From Obrimoposthia wandeli (lineage: Eukaryota), in the NCBI GenBank assembly GCA_977020255.1, contig CDROCS010002180.1, forward strand, positions 124,001 to 188,000: a stretch of 64,000 nt of DNA, in the 5' to 3' direction. Below are positions 39,957 through 51,430 of the stretch, one piece after another. Numbering within the stretch: the first letter of the stretch is position 1; every line of letters starts with the position of its first letter. A model generated the notes under the pieces. It searched no databases. It had not been told where the DNA came from and saw only the letters and a program-made list of their open reading frames with translations. Made by a program: the position numbers and the translations under genes.

Positions 39957-40799
39957 TCTTGTATTAATTCATACTATCGATAATTAATTTTATGTGTTCT
40001 TACAAGACATTTTAATTATTTTAGAAATTCGAATAAATAATAGAAATACCAAGTTGATAATCGAATATGTACATAATTTCATTTATTTACATATAAAACA
40101 ATATAATTAAAGATTTGATATTCTAATTTATAAGATTTCAGTAAGATATGAATAATATGTGTTTAATATAATGTATTAAAGATAATTTTGAATATTTAAA
40201 GTTTAAATCGAATAATGTTAATACTCAAATTATATAAATAAACATTTCTTTATCCAAGTTCTTTAAAAATAAAGAATTCAAATTTATCAGTTTAAAAAAA
40301 ATCAATTATGGAATGTTATTAAATCAGTAAAGGAATTTTTAATTATTTATGTGTGTGAATTGATCATTATAACATGTGAAAATTATATGTGAGAAAAAAA
40401 CGCACACACTCGAAAATTTACATATTAATTAATATAATGTAAAAATATTATAATTGTTATTCATTGGTTGTTAGTATTAATTTGATAATTACAAATTAAT
40501 AATAGCAAATGATTTCTCTTTATATATATATTTTTTTATTTTGGTTTAAAATTATTTTATTTTAATATTTTCATCATTATTTTAGGCATAAATTACAATC
40601 ATAAAATTATGCAATTTTAAAATTAAGAAATATTTAAAATATTTAATTTAGAGTTATAATAAATAGGTTTGTATTTGTATATACATTTGTTTAAATCAAC
40701 ATTTATCAAAAATGATAATATAAAAATCGCAGTAATTTAAAAATATGTTAGAATTGATCATTTTTTCAGACTTTTATCAAAATTTAATTGATTAAAATC

Positions 40800-41299
40800 T
40801 AAAGGTCATGACCATATCTTAAAACCTTTAAGTCAAAACTGACTCTGACCCTTTCATCTATGGTCGATCACAACCCTTTAGATATGATGGCCAACCATAG
40901 TTGACCTCAACTATACATTTAAACATTCAAGTCAAAACTGAGTCCAACCCTTTCATATATGGACGACCACAACCCTTTAGATGTGTTGGTCAACTATAGA
41001 TGGTCATGACCATACCTTCAAACCTTCAAGTTAAAACTGACCCCGACCCTTTCATCTATGAACAACCACAACCCATTGGGTATGTTGGCCGTACATAGAC
41101 GGTCACGACATACCTTCATAACCTTTCTGAGCCAGACCCGTATGGTGTGGCTAGACACCCCTATGGTGAGTTAAAATATACACTCACGGTGTAACATCCT
41201 ATGGTGAGGGAACATATACATTTATGGTGTGACACCCTTTAACATGGTATGCGCATACAGGGGGACCCCAGTGGTATAGACTCCATTAAAGTACTTACT
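40800..41299 (-). mobile_element. Second terminus of the 138-621 family: ~100-bp tandem array, tatggtg units and AGTAAG end
   Basis: Units at ~40800, 40900, 41000 and 41100 containing gaccctttcat; tatggtgtggc.agaca.cc.tatggtg, gacacccttta and agtg.t.tagactccat match 542-610. Confidence 0.65.
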
Positions 41300-43599
41300 C
41301 ACATACAATAGAGAACCTCTCGTCATCCACCAAGCCATAAAACACTTCGAAAACATTTTAATCGTCAAAACATTCAACACATCACCGACCACAAGCCACT
41401 CATTCATGCAATCATAATTAAAAACCCTTCACCGAGACAGTCAAAACAACTCAATTACATTTCACAATTCAACACATCGATAAATTATATTCCAGGCTCA
41501 TCCAACATAATAGCCAATACACTATCCAGACCACCTGAAACAATCAACAACATAGGACAAATCTTCAAAAGATACGAAATAATAAACAGACAAAACATAA
41601 ACGAACTTCCTCCAAGATATTTCGACATTACAAACTCGAACAGAATATGGTACGACATAACAACCCCAGGACTGATCATAACTATTTTACCAAAAGAATT
41701 TAGACATAAATGCATTAAACACTACCATGACACTCATCACCCAGGAATCAAAGCTACATTCGAAATCGTTAGACAACATTACATTTGGAAGAACATACGA
41801 AAAGACACTTAGAACTATGTCAAGTCATGCATACAATGCAACCTTTATAAATCACAAAAACATTTAAAAACCAAAAAACTACACATAACATGTGATACTC
41901 CTTTTTCACACAATCCACATTGATTTAGTTGGTCCGTTACCTCTACATGACAAATACACACACTTGTTAACAATGATAGACAACAAAATTTGGTGCACAG
42001 CCACCCCAATTAAAAAAGCATCTGCAAAAACAATTATAAACAAAATGAAAAAACATTGGTTTAATGTCTACGGATATCCTTCCAAAATAATTTCAGACCA
42101 AGGTAGACAATTCATAAGCGATACATTCAACGATTTTTGCAACATACATGATATCAAACATATCACCACCACCAATTCAACGGGTAAATAGAAAGAATGC
42201 ACCGATGCATTAAAGAAGGCCTATCTTGCTACGAAAAACCGCAAAACTGGCCAGAAAACCTAGATAAAGGCATGATGGGAATACGCAACACACCACACAA
42301 ACAAGATAACAGAAGTCCAGCACAACGAACACTTTAACACATTCCACTATTAAACTACACCAAAACAAATAAACCAAGCCTCATATCCATTCTTAAATAC
42401 AAACAAGCTTACATAAAACTACATAACACAAGACAATTAGAGCCAAAATACGAAGGCCCATACACAATTGTAAAACAAAACGACAACAATACAATATTAA
42501 TCAACAGAAAAGAAAACCCAACACTAATAAACAACCGCAACGCCAAAATAATCTCACCACCACCAAAATTTCAAAAACACACAAAGTTCAGAAGCAACAC
42601 TGAAACAATCAACAACTAAACTCTCAACATCACAAACACCTTACAAAAAACCTATCAAAAACTTCATTGTAGTGGACGCAGATAACCACTATAAAAACAC
42701 ACAGCACCATCCATCAGCGTGAACCAGGATAACCACCATATAACCTCTTATCTAATTCAACCCAAACAACCACTTTTTTTTCTTGTACATGTCCGATACC
42801 TCGTGTTAATCTGTTTCATTGTTTCTTTCAATCTCTCGTTACACTCTTTCTCTGTTACTCCGTAAAATTGACTATTATTGGTAAATGACGGCCTGGCCAT
42901 ACAATCAACCATTGTTTGATCTCACAAATATAAAAGAAAAAATAATTAATTAAGACAAATTTGTTTACATTAAATGTTGTGATATAAAATAGTTAATTAA
43001 ATAGTTAATAGTCAAATTCAAATCGCAAATCGAAGCTAAAACAAATCAAACAAAAACTAATAAATCAAAGCCTCAACAACAAACTCAACAACAAACTCAA
43101 ATCCAACAACAAATCAACTATAAAACAAAAGCCAACCCAAGAACAATCATCTGAAAACATTTGTGATCCCATTACTGTTGTGATTATTTATTATAATTAT
43201 TGTTCCCCTTACAAGATACCGATACCACAATAGTTATGGTAAATGGGTTTCTTTGTATGTTTTTATTATTGCTATATTGACTAGTAATTAGCAGCTAAAC
43301 TGCATAATTGAAGTTTGAATTTAATAAAAAATTGAATAATAAAGAATCATAAATCTTTATCGCTTCCCAACTTCTCAACTACCACAAATAAATCTAACAT
43401 ATAGTCAAACACTCAAATACATAAATGAACATACCTCGGATTTGTTTTTGTGGCCTCGATTCATTTTTTACATATGGCTTTTCTGTCTCAACTTTTCCAA
43501 TACATATCCATTTTAGTGGAGTCTTTCTAGTCTCCAATTAATAGCGTTTACCTCTTCTGTTCAGACCTTATATATTTCTTAGTTTTTAAATAATAATGA

Positions 43600-43900
43600 T
43601 TTCATTAATATTATACAGAAAATGAGTGTAAATCTGTATTTGCTGAAAGATTTATTTTAACATTAAAAATAAAATGTGGAAACATTTTACTGTTCAAGGA
43701 AATCCAAAATGGAATAATGAATTATTACAAAAGTTAGTAAATGAATATAATAATAAACCCGACAGTTCAATTAAATTTATGCTTTTTAAAGCTAGTGAAA
43801 ATCCTAAATTTGTTGAAAAAATAAAAAAAGATAATAATAATGATAATGATGATAAATCTATAAAGAAACCAAAATTTAACATTGATGATATGGATAGATT
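43600..43900 (+). pseudogene. Maverick-type retroviral-like integrase, C-terminal fragment
   Basis: YTENECKSVFAERFILTLK[frameshift]KMWKHFT...KW...LVNEYNN...KPKFNIDD. Confidence 0.75.
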
Positions 43901-44410
43901 TTTTTTAATTTATGAAACATTTTGTACTGTAACTTCTTTAACCCTTTATGAATTGCATTAAAAAAAGTATGATAACAAATCAATAGTCACCTGACAAGCA
44001 TACAAATAGTTGTTTTTGAAAAGGTTTCTGTGCATAGTTTTTTAAATCATTAAAGTTTGTCACATTTTCTAGTTGCAAAAATATATTTAAATTTAATCTA
44101 ATGTACCGAGAATATATTAGACACGGTACATTAGATTAAATTTCATTCATCATGAGTAAGGACTGCAAAAAATGTTAAACATTTCGAAAAGAAATTAAAA
44201 TTGTTAAATTATTTTATTACTATTGTCTTTGTTTTAAAATATGAAAAAAATGAATATATTTAAAATCTGTCTCTAAGTACATATTTTTTAAATTTAGCAA
44301 AGAGCAGAAAACAATTGAATAATTATGAGCTTATATGATGTTAATTGTGCGAAGTAAACAATATTTTTAAAATTCAGGTTATGAATAGTTAATATTCAAT
44401 TACTCTAAAA

Positions 44411-44733
44411 CAGCGGTTTCCAAAACGTGGGGCGCGATCCCCATGAAAGGCTACTGATTTTCTGAAGGGTCGCGTTAAAATATCTTTAGATATTTTAAAT
44501 AAAATTATTGAACATTACCATGAAAGAGTAATCTTCAATAATTTTAAGAAGCTATTTTTTTAAGTTAGAAATTTTAAAATAAGTAGGCCTTGAACCTTTC
44601 GAGGATTTAAATTTGTTTATTAAAAATAGCTTGTGAATTAATAAATATAATTACGTTACTAATTTTTTGAAGAATATGCAAAAGTTTTCTCTTTTTTTAC
44701 TGGATTGCCTTCCAAAATGTTTGGAAACCGCTG
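44411..44733. mobile_element. hAT (Charlie-like) MITE
   Basis: TIRs CAGCGGTTTCCAAA; perfect 8-bp TSD ctctaaaa (44403-44410, 44734-44741). Confidence 0.95.
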
Positions 44734-45866
44734 CTCTAAAAGATTAAAATTGTGTCAGGAATATAAACTACAAAAATTGTTATATAAATAAGATAAAAAA
44801 TCATAAAAATGACCAAATATATATTTAAATTTTATTCCAATTTATTAAATTGTGTGAACAGCACTTTAGCAATGTTAGATTCACTGAGTTGCATCATTTG
44901 ACTGAAAAAATAAGCCTATATTTTGAAAAGGATCTTTCCACATCAGCTCTAGTTAGTGGAAGAAATCGTAATTTGATCGTTCTTTTTACAATCATGGTAT
45001 TTAATCTTCTCAAATTTGGCTTTTTATTTATAGCTCATTCTAATTTCTGTAATTTCTGACTAAAATTATCATCAGTCCAAAATATGAAGAACTCAGAAAG
45101 TTCCTGAAACCCGAGATCTTCGAGTTTTATGACACTAAATACCTACAATTCTATATGACTCCAGAAGTAATATTTCAGTAATATCTTGTTGAAGACTTTG
45201 AAATAACTTAAATTGTTCACAAGTAGTGTAAAGTGTCATTTCTCACACATAATCAGATCCTTGGCACAGACGCCCCTGATGAGTTATATGCTGATCTGCG
45301 AGAATTCGGGATTTCTTAACAGCTGCAACAAAGTACAAGTGACTTGACCTTTGTTCGCCGCTAATAAGGAATCCTGCATTTATGCACTTAAACACACAAC
45401 TCATCGGGGGCATCCCGGCTAAAGATCTGTTTATGGGCACCTTACACTACTTATGAACAATTAAAGTTTTACAGGAACATTGAATTTTAACAAACAGATT
45501 ACCATTCAAAATCATTCATTTTTATTGATTATTACAGAAGTTGTTCACTATAATTGTACTTACAGATGCAATACAAACCGGATGCAATTACAATACAAAA
45601 ACATTTAAATACTAACAAGCGCAAATGCCTACAATCCTAACTTCCTTGTGTATGATATATATTACACTAATGATTTCTGATTCCTATCAATTACCCCACT
45701 TGTCAAAGTATAACAGGCTAACTCCATTTTGTCTAACCCTTAGGTTTGGTTTTCATTCCCAGTAACCCAAAGTTCCTGAATAGTTGATGTTTCCTGCGGG
45801 AAGACTTTTCAACCAAATTTGGATATTGTCGGTGAATGAAATTATGAATAAAGGAATCATCATCTA
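44549..45866 (+). repeat. ~1.3-kb segmental duplicate of 52884-54200
   Basis: Collinear match starting inside the hAT MITE and spanning the micro-element. Confidence 0.95.
45222..45451. mobile_element. 230-bp micro-element with AGTAGTGTAA(A/G)GTG Maverick-like termini
   Basis: Terminal sequence is nearly the same as mini-Maverick 1; GC-richer interior; no direct TSD. Confidence 0.6.
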
Positions 45867-46302
45867 TCCCAAGTGAGGGCAAACATTTCTCCAAAAGGGC
45901 CACATAGAACATCGGTTGGGTTTCCAGACGGCCACAATAAAAAACATTGAAAGTTATGATGATGTAAGTTCTTACATACATGAGAACAATTGGAGACCAG
46001 TAAATTAAAAGCAATATTAACAAACTAAAGTTTTTATTGAACTAATACAAAATAACCAAAACATAAAAATTCAGTAGATATAAAAAATAGATACAGAAAT
46101 TCTAAGTAAAAAATAAGAAATGAAGACTAAATAACTAAGGATATCTATTTTAGTGCGATGAGTGCAGCTGCTTGATATCCTTAATCATTTTATCCATATC
46201 CGGTTGAAATTTTGTATTTGAAATTCTAAGACTTTAATTAAGATGTTGATCTGTTATAGATGTTCGAAGTTCACTTTTATTTATGTTCATTATTTTATTA
46301 TG

Positions 46303-47396
46303 TTCAACGTTAATAACATCATCGTCATTTGCACTCGGCCATGAGCTGCACGAGTTTTACACGTTCTTTCAATGAAAACATTTCCAATCTATAAATAAGT
46401 AAAAAGGGTCACATGAGTGTATAATTTTGATGTATTAGTTCTGTAAATATAAATTTTAATTAAAGATTTTATTGCGTTTTCAAATAGGAAAGTGACTTTT
46501 ATGACCTCCATTATCATGACTATTTTAAAATTTATTTCCGCAAAAATGTCGCCATATGCGTAATAACAATACATTTTTGGATACAAAACTACGAACATCA
46601 GAGCTGAGTTCATATATGATGTTTCAAAGTTTGGCACATTATCTGGAAACTGAGAAGTTGATCTTGATGGTGGATCTCGACGAGACACTGCTTTGCAGTG
46701 CTGATCTATTTGACCTTGACGTCGTTATCAATGACAGGGAGGGTGTGTTTATTAGCAGAAGTGGTAACCACCAGACAGTGACTGTGTTGCGTCCTTTCAT
46801 GGCGGACAGTCTGTGGCAGCTCAGCCAGCATTTTGAGCTGTGGTTGGCCACAAACGGTGGACAGAAATACGCAATGGATATGCTGAAAATCATCGATCCG
46901 AATGCTGAGCTATTCGGAAACCGGGTGTTGACTCGCTCGGATTTCGGGGCCAGGCAAATGAATAAGATGCAAGCAGTGGAAAGGCTTTTGCCATACAAGC
47001 TCTCGAAAATTGTGATAGCTCTGGACGACAGACTGGACGTGTGGAGTAACTGTGAGTTTGTGCTACAGATAGCTCCGTTCTCGCCGCTGGTCAAACTTAA
47101 GATGGAGATTATGAACCGGTTTCTGAATACAAACTATCCGGTCTTTCTGGAGCCAGTCTCGCGCCAACTGTCGCTGCAGGACAAGCTATACCACTCTCTG
47201 AACGATGAATGCTGCAGCCAGGACAGATTCCTCCTCCATACTACCATGAAACTAGTCAATATGAAGTGCGCTTACTTTGATCTGGTGAGGCGCCAGCAAA
47301 ACAAGCTTCCTTACGTAAGCGACTTCCTGAAAAATGTTCAATGATAATTATACATTTAGTGTTCTCTCATATTTTGACTCATTTAACTACAATTTC
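46303..47396 (+). repeat. Segmental duplicate of 33969-35062
   Basis: See partner copy. Confidence 0.95.
46616..47344 (+). CDS. Intronless FCP1/CTDP1-like HAD phosphatase, copy D
   Basis: Same motifs as copy C; ORF intact; about 17 aa differences from C by manual count. Confidence 0.9.
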   Translation: MMFQSLAHYLETEKLILMVDLDETLLCSADLFDLDVVINDREGVFISRSGNHQTVTVLRPFMADSLWQLSQHFELWLATNGGQKYAMDMLKIIDPNAELFGNRVLTRSDFGARQMNKMQAVERLLPYKLSKIVIALDDRLDVWSNCEFVLQIAPFSPLVKLKMEIMNRFLNTNYPVFLEPVSRQLSLQDKLYHSLNDECCSQDRFLLHTTMKLVNMKCAYFDLVRRQQNKLPYVSDFLKNVQ

Positions 47397-48092
47397 AAAC
47401 TTAGGGAACTTTTCCCTTTATGATATTTCGACTTCTAAATTCAAAATCAACTTTTTACTTTATGATAATTCTTCTTCCAAATTTAAAATCAACATTTTAC
47501 TTTATGATAATTCAACTTCTAACTTCAAAATCAACTTTTTACTTTATGATAATTCGACTTCTAACTTCAAAATCAACTTTTAATTTATGATAATTCGACT
47601 CTAAATTCACAATTAACAAAATAATTCAACTTCTAACTTCAAAATCAACACATCACACTACATTAGTTGGAACCTACACTACACAGCTGGGTAGTTTCCA
47701 CGCTTCAATGGATTCCGCGTCTGAGACTCGATGTCAGCTGGTTTGCTTCCGAGTGAACGTTTGTCGTGATAATTGATTTTTCTTTATTAATGAATTTTCT
47801 TTGTAATCTAGATACTTTGGCCTTTCCTCGATATTACGTTTTCGTGTTCTTAATTATTATTTTCTGGGACCCTTTGTCTCAATTTAACTTTCTTTATATG
47901 CTACGCAATACACACGACCTCTTCAAGGTCCTAAATTATTTTAATTTACTATTTTTTAATTTCAACAATTTTTAATGTTTTATTATTTAAATCCTATTTT
48001 AACCTTCAATTCAAGGTGTACTTTTTTCCATAAATAATTATTATTTGAATTTATTTTTCTCATTTTCTAATCTTAACATACCTCCCTTGTTT
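47397..48092 (-). mobile_element. 3' LTR (truncated) with polypurine tract
   Basis: Minus strand reads aaaacaagggaggta|TGTTAAGATTAG, with the LTR starting at 48078. Confidence 0.8.
47416..47650. repeat. 42-bp tandem repeat, ~5.5 copies
   Basis: tttatgata at 47417, 47459, 47501, 47543 and 47584. Confidence 0.95.
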
Positions 48093-48293
48093 TGAAATGG
48101 TTACATCCTCGAAATTTATTGATTTTAAAGGTCATCCTTAGTTCCTATCATACAGGCCTATCTGCATCAAGTTGTAGATATCTATAAAACTTATTCAAAC
48201 CTTGTCAAAAATCGGTAAACTCATCAAAATACGGATTTGTCACGCAAATATTAAATATTAAGCTTTACAATTTTTATTCCGTTTAGAAGATGG

Positions 48294-48870
48294 TTAGGAA
48301 GAAGGTGAAAGAGAAGGAAAAGGTGATGTTTCTGTTAAGTCAATAGTTTGTGATAAACTGTTCGGCTCCTCCTGGATCATCATCACCCTCTCCAGGGGCA
48401 ACGTCGGAAAGACGCGAACGTCGCCGAGATATATCCCAGTTGCTGGAGTACATTGAGTTGCGGGTTCTGATGAAAGATCGGTACGGCCTGGATGTTCAGA
48501 ACGTGTCGCTCTTGAGTGTTGAGCCACACATTCTGTGCGTTTTGCCAGGAGTGTCAATCGCGACTGGAACACTCCACTTCTTTGGCACGCCAGTGCACGT
48601 CGTGACGACGCATTGGGCCTGTGGAGAATGCAGCTTGCGGAAGAGGGTCTGCCCACGAACCGGCCACAGCATTGTACTATTCAATGTTCAAATGGAGTTT
48701 GACACATTGGGCAGATAGCGATGATGGCTGGCCGTGATTTGGCCCGTGTACAGCCCCCCCTCATGAAAACGGTGTGTACACTGTTGTGGGATTGCTGACT
48801 GGTCTCGGAGTCGGTTGAGGCATACAAGGCAGACTATTCTGTTGTTTAGGGTACCTCTTCTTTTGTCAGT
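48294..48870 (-). pseudogene. RING-H2-type E3 ligase-like ORF with C-terminal SIM-like motif
   Basis: CLVC-x13-CTHRFHEGGC-x12-CPMCQTPF at 48702-48831 after removing one G from a 7-G run; one TGA at 48681-48683; then open to ...QTIDLTETSP...* at 48294. Confidence 0.75.
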
Positions 48871-49406
48871 TATGAAATTAAATCCTAGTATTTTAAGTTA
48901 TTACCGAATTTTGCTTTATTACTTGAATACGTTTTGTGAATTGAATTATCGGAAGAATTATCATAAATAGTTGATAGAAAGTTATCGTTATCGTTGAAAG
49001 AAAGAGAGGGTTATCTCTTGGTTACGGTGTGTTGACATAATTTGTTGTTAGACAACCTACTTGTCAATTTGTGAAAACCTTTTTAGTTAGCGTAATAATA
49101 TAGTTTTTCCTACAGTTCAACTAGAATTATTTCAGGTACTCACATATAGCTGTAGAGCACTACCAACCAAGTTACACATCACACTTAATTAGTGGGAACC
49201 ACATCAGTTATATTTGTGAAAAAACTCTTTACACATCTTACAAAATATCTGCATAAACGTTCAGATTGAGAGTAAGTTAAGTAAGACAAAACCTAAATAG
49301 GCCACATCCATATGTAAACCCTATTGCTACAGAACTCACGTTGGGGGCCTCCATAAGAGGATCTATCTAAATCATAGTTTTAAATAGAAACCCCAACATA
49401 TTAAAT

Positions 49407-49421
49407 TGGTGCCCGAGTGAC
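49407..49421 (+). promoter_or_regulatory. Primer-binding-site-like sequence TGGTGCCCGAGTGAC
   Basis: TGG start 9 nt after the LTR CA; cognate tRNA not identified. Confidence 0.55.
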
Positions 49422-49949
49422 GATAGCTCGTCGGACACAGCGAATTCACGTAGAATAAGACAGCGAATTGAGAATAAGTTATAGAAGAAGAATATATAAG
49501 TAAATTGAGATAAGAGAATTGAGAATAAGTGTTTGAATCGAGTTGATAAGTTTCTCGAAGTAAGTAATTTGAATAAGTTTGATAAATTGAGTAGATAAGT
49601 TCCTCAAAGAGATAAATTGAATATATTTGTGAATCAAGTAGATATGTTCCTCGAAGTAAGTAAATTAAATAAGTTTGTAAATCAAGTTGATAAGTTCCTC
49701 GAAGTAAGTAAATTGATATAAATTGTAGAATCGAGAAGATAAGTTCCTTGAAGAGATAAATTGAGATAGAAATTCGTAAAATAATAGTTAAGAAATAAGA
49801 GATAAAAGTAATAAGTAAATCGAAGTCGTAAGAATAAGCAAACAAATAATTGATAAGACGACGGACCTGCGTTTAATACTAGAAGACAAAGTCAAATTTC
49901 CTGAAAATATATAAATAATAATAGTCAGAGCCGAGTTGAACAGATTCCT

Positions 49950-51430
49950 CTAGCAGATAAAGAAGTATTAGAAGAACTTAGAGTCGAAGAAAACGTATCA
50001 GAAAGAGACGTTAATCAGTCAGCAGTTTCAACTGACAGTTTTGAATTGGCTGACTTGTTTGGTGAAGTAAACCAAGAAGAAGTTGAAGTTGTTGAAGTTG
50101 TGAATCAAGGAGATATTGAAATTGCCAATCCATAAGGAATTGAGGAAGTTAATTTGAATAATATCGAAGAAATAGCTGGAAATATGGCTCACGCAGGAGC
50201 TCATCAAGAAGATAATGCAGGAATAATGCAGGACATACTGTAGGTAATATGAATGCAGAACAGTTGGCACAGGTATTGAATGCGACGTTGAAACCCAACT
50301 TTTGGGGATCATTGCAGATCACAAAGTTAAAAGGAGATGAGGAAAGTATTTGTGACTTCCTCGCGGAATATTCGAGTTGTGCAAACGTTCAAGGATGGAA
50401 CGATAGAGAAAAATGTGTCCGTTTACAGGCAAATTTGACAGGATTAGCACTTGAATTGTATAAACACATGACAGCAGCAGAACGTGAAAATTGGGCAACA
50501 TTGGAAAATGCTTTTATAGTAAAATTGGTATTGGGAGATTTTGCAAAAGTGAATAAGTGAATTTTGAGAGAACGAAAACAGAAACAATATGAGGACATGA
50601 ATGAATACGCGTATGTTTTAAAAACCTTGGCACCACGAGTGCATCCAAGAAAAATATTGAGAAATCTTGCAGGCGAACCTGTAGCAGCAGATGTACAATT
50701 AGCGGAAGATAATCGGAACTAAAATGAAATGGCAGAAGTTTTGCTGGATATATTCAGAGGAGGACTGAAAAAAGATAGTAAAGTGTTATTGGCAAATGAT
50801 TTTGACAACGCCATGCGAAAGGCGGGAGAAATTGAGAAGAATATAAAGATTAATGCAGCATTATCAATTTATGCAGTAACGGAAAATTATGATGAAAAGA
50901 CAAAAGTGTTTGTGAATAAGACAGAACCAAGTAATTTTCAAAATCGGAATTATTGACAAAATGAGTTCAAATACAGCAATAAGTTTGAGAAAAGAGATGA
51001 ATTTAGAAACGGAAATATAGATAATTTCAGAAGTAGAAATAGAGATGATTCGAGTGGTAGAAATAATAATGATTCGTGGAATAGAAATTGACACGATCCG
51101 AGAAATTGATTTAATTCAAATTGAGACAATTCAGGAAATTGCTTCCCTGAAGAGGAGACGATCGGAATTATAATGTGAACAGAGGAGAGCGAAATGACTC
51201 TCAATTCAGAAATAATGCAGGAGATAGTGATGGAAGATTCAATAATCGATAAGCGGTTATGAATCAAATTTCCGAAGAAATGATTTTAGAGGACGCTATG
51301 ATAATAGACAGAATAGTCGTCGAGTACAGTTCAAAGATAAACAGAATAAAATAGATATCCGAGGAAGAATAATGTATTATACGTGTAAACAAATGGGTCG
51401 CTACTCGAGAGATTGTACAAGAAGTAAGGA
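49950..51430 (+). pseudogene. Gypsy gag (capsid plus degenerate zinc knuckle)
   Basis: DFLAEYSSCANVQGWNDREKCVRLQANLTGLALELY; FRGGL; YYTCKQMGRYSRDC. Confidence 0.85.

Larger units (their letters stand above)
39130..42550 (+). mobile_element. Degraded Gypsy pol (protease, RT, RNase H, integrase), interrupted at ~39900-41295
   Basis: FLIDSGATISLIP; IRPSDSP; MPFGLK; YIDDIL; YNRE.LVIHQAIKHF, TDHKPL; HIDLVGPLP, YGYPSKIISDQGRQF; PKYEGPY. Confidence 0.9.

Noticed and set aside
39900-41299. Helitron/Helentron insertion
   Set aside because: No TC...CTRR ends or A|T insertion site identified; the end matches the 138-621 family.
45270-45310. Hammerhead ribozyme (ctgatgag)
   Set aside because: No stem II followed by GAAA, and no matching stem I/III pairing was found.
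48350-48718. Plus-strand 122-aa ORF with HWACGEC...CP (RING-like)
   Set aside because: It lacks several ligands; the minus strand gives a near-complete RING-H2, so this is antisense shadow.
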